Assembly: GCF_006345805.1 (NCBI RefSeq)
Contig: NC_043005.1
Coordinates: forward strand, 14,384,001-14,448,000
DNA: 64,000 bases
DNA from: Octopus sinensis
Taxonomy: Eukaryota
Direction of reading: 5' to 3'
This document shows positions 60,951-64,000 of the stretch, piece after piece. The notes under the pieces were generated by a model that ran no database searches, was not told the DNA's origin, and saw nothing but the letters and a program-made list of their open reading frames with translations. Numbering within the stretch: position 1 is the stretch's first letter; every line of letters begins with the position of its first letter. A program made the translations under genes and the position numbers.

Positions 60951-61397
60951 GAAAGAATGTTTGAAAATGCAATTTTAAAAGATATTTCTACACTTGACCG
61001 GCTTCACATTTTTTAGGAAAAGATTGTCAAAAGTAAAATGTAAAAGCTTTGTAAAAGCTTTGTTGTGCTAAGTACTGGTTGTCACAAAATATTACAATAC
61101 ATATATACATTCTTATCAAAGAATGTATATATTACAATACATATACACATTCTTTGATAATAATAATAAGAAAATGTTAAAAACAGTTTACAAGGAAATA
61201 TCTTACATTTTCTTATTATTATCAAAGAATGTATATATGTGTTGTAATATTTTGTGACAACTAGTACTTAACACAACAAAACTTTTACATGGTACTTTTG
61301 ACAATCCGGTCAAGTGAATAAATATGTTAAAATTGCATTTTCCAACCTTCTTTCATATATATTTCCCCTTGTGCGGTACCTTTCAACTTCACTGTGC

Positions 61398-61502
<105 letters not shown>

Positions 61503-61549
61503 GAGAAAATAAAAAAAGAAAATATGCACACTTACATGGTTATAATATA

Positions 61550-62150
61550 ATTTTTAATATATCGACCGGTTTCGCAATCGCTATTCATGATATAATGTTT
61601 AATTTATATGAATATATATTTTTTCTTAAGAAGAAATTTGGTCCATGTTGTTTGTAATGGAATTCACGAGTGAATGATTTTACAAGTTGACAAGTAAAGG
61701 GAGGTAATTGGTTGTTATTATTGTTATTGTTGTGTGTAAGGGAGATAACTGTTTAGGTTTTAGGTGGGGAATAAATATGTGTACAGAAAGGAGACAGGTT
61801 TAAAAAAAAGGGACCTTGTTTAGTAGGGGATTTATGTACAGTGATGTAATATGTAAACATATAAAAGTTGGTTATGCATGCATATTAAGACGCGTTTTGT
61901 ATTTTTCAATGAAAAAAGTTTCTTTTTTTAAGCATTCTAGTTGAGAGATTGTGTCTTTGCACTGGTAGAAAAGGAAGACTGTAAAATTTGGTTTGATGTT
62001 ACCTGCACATTTTTCTAAGTGTTCACTAAGAGGAATTTGCCTGTATTGCGGGAATAAATGTTGCTTATTGCAAGTTATGGATGATTCTTTTATGACTTCA
62101 TTGTTTTCAGGATTAGCTTAAGGTATTTTCGTGCCCGACATCACAAAATG
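61550..62150 (-). mobile_element. Penelope-like element 3' remnant (GIY-YIG C-terminus plus pLTR)
   Basis: Minus strand KQHLFPQYRQIPLSEHLEKCAGNIKPNFTVFLFYQ; GAAACCGGTC hammerhead-like motif at about 61563-61573. Confidence 0.6.
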
Positions 62151-62304
62151 CGTCTGAATAAACATTGCTGGGCAGCAAATAGAGACTCGGACATTGCTCA
62201 GAAAATAATTTTCATTTTCAACATCGTATATAGCATGCACTAAGGATTTTGACCTTTAAATTTTTAGAAAAAAATGCGGATTATACTCGAGGATTTATGT
62301 TATA

Positions 62305-62635
62305 CAGTTGTAGCCAAAATGTTCGGAACGGCATTGTTTTCGTCAGAAAAGTAGGAATAAGTTTTTATCAAAGTTGTTTTATATTCCACAATTTTCACAG
62401 ACAATAAATACAATATTAATTGTTATTGTCTGAGATTTTGGTGTAATTTGAGAGGATAATACAAAAGTTATTGATGATTTAGTGATTTACTGCAAAACCC
62501 ATGGCGGCCAAAATGATCAAATAATATTGTATTTATTGTCTGTGAAAATTATGGAATATAAAATAACTTTGATAAAAAATTATATCTACTTTTCTGACGA
62601 AAACAATGCCGTTCTGAACATTTTGGCCGCAACTG
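62305..62635. mobile_element. Tc1-type MITE
   Basis: TA|CAGTTGTAGCCAAAATGTTC...GAACATTTTGGCCGCAACTG|TA; TIRs about 120 bp. Confidence 0.9.
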
Positions 62636-62803
62636 TATGTATATATGTATATATATGAATATATATATATGTATATATGTATATATGTATACATATGAAT
62701 GTATATATGAATATATATATATGTATATATATATTTATATATATATGTGTGTGTGTTTACATATATATATGTATATGTATATATATATATTTATAGATGT
62801 GTA

Positions 62804-62840
<37 letters not shown>

Positions 62841-62900
62841 TATATATATATATAATATATATATATATATATAATATATATATATCTATATATATATATA

Positions 62901-63240
62901 TACTATAGCCTCAGGCCCACCAAAGCCTTGTGAGTGGATTTTGTACATGGAAACTAAAAGATGACTGTTGTATATACCTGTATATTTGTGCGCGCGCGTG
63001 CGTGCCTGTGTGTTGTTCATTTGTATTTATGTGTGTGTCTCTGTTTTTCCCCCCCACCATTACTTGAAAACCGATTATGCTGTGTTTTCGTCCCCGTAAT
63101 CTAGCTGTTCAACTAAAGAAACCGATAGAATAAGTACTAGGCTTAAAAAAGAATAAATCCTGGGGTCGATTTCTTTGACTAAAGGAGGTGCTCCAGCTTG
63201 GCTGTAGCTACATTACTGAAACAAGTAAAACAATAAAAAA
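62901..63240 (+). mobile_element. SINE family 1, headless; a second head lies at 63400-63545
   Basis: Family match; both pieces border (TA)n tracts. Confidence 0.8.
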
Positions 63241-63585
63241 ATGATGCCATTTTAATCCCCGAACAATGCTGGTTATTTCTGCTAGTATGTAGCTTTTAAG
63301 CAACTAATCCCGAATGGGAAGATCTTCTAATAGATCTCTGACTTATTTTAGAGAATTTGTTGCAATTGCTTCCTCCAGTCATACCCCAAAGATGATCATA
63401 GGCACAGGAGTGGCTGTGTGGTAAATAGCTTGCTAACCAACCACATGGTTCCGGGTTCAGTCCCACTGCATGGCATCTTGGGCAAGTGTCTTCTGCTATA
63501 GCCCTGGGCCGACCAATGCCTTGTGAGTGGATTTGGTAGACGAAACTGAAAGAAGCCTGTCGTATATATGTATATATATATATAT

Positions 63586-63617
<32 letters not shown>

Positions 63618-63619
63618 AT

Positions 63620-63694
<75 letters not shown>

Positions 63695-63789
63695 GTGTGT
63701 CATTGAATAGTGAGAGATAGGGGTCAAAGTGTGACACACTGACACACATAAATTAGTTTTCGCATTTATTATATTAGACAATACAATAC

Positions 63790-64000
63790 AATATAATATA
63801 CTATGATATAGTGAAGGCATGTGGTTTGGTGGTTAGGGTAATCAGCTCGTGATCGTAAGGTTGTGAGTTCGATTCCCGGTAGTGCATTGTGTCCTTTAGC
63901 AAGGCACTTCCTTTCCCGCTGCTGCAGTCCACTTACCTGGCAAAAATGAGTTGTACCTGTATTTCAAATGGCGATCCTTGTCACATTCGGTGTCATGCTG
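63790..64000 (+). mobile_element. tRNA-derived SINE head running off the end of the window
   Basis: ggcatgtggtttggtggttaggg..gtgagttcgattcccgg..gtgtcctttagcaaggcact. Confidence 0.75.

Overview
AT-rich, repeat-dense eukaryotic DNA. The repeat families (tRNA-derived SINEs, RTE LINEs with (GAT)n tails, Penelope-like remnants, very long TA/CA/GATA tracts) suggest a cephalopod such as Octopus; this is inference. One protein-coding gene is supported: a + strand TBC-domain Rab-GAP most similar to GRTP1/TBC1D6. It has nine GT-AG exons from 5340 to 44572, giving 325 complete codons plus a stop, with intact IxxDxxR and YCQ catalytic motifs. Its first coding exon was not found. The rest is intronic or intergenic transposon material: RTE, CR1 and CR1/Jockey-like LINEs, a Ty3/Gypsy relic, a mariner relic, Penelope-like elements, non-autonomous Helitrons, hAT/piggyBac/Tc1 MITEs and several SINE families. 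Almost all ORFs in the supplied track are transposon fragments or microsatellite artefacts. Best leads: (1) the RTE 3'UTR holds tandem 62-67 nt modules, each predicted to fold into a compact H-type pseudoknot plus a covarying hairpin, and short copies often start at, or snap back on, this pseudoknot; (2) hammerhead ribozyme motifs, one with a canonical core lying sense within a GRTP1 intron inside a hAT MITE; (3) SINE trimers and tetramers enclosed by a single target-site duplication; (4) a Penelope ORF followed directly by a tRNA-like module. All structures were folded by eye. Repeat boundaries are approximate unless TIRs or TSDs are quoted. The region around 57.5-60.5 kb may be low-quality assembly.
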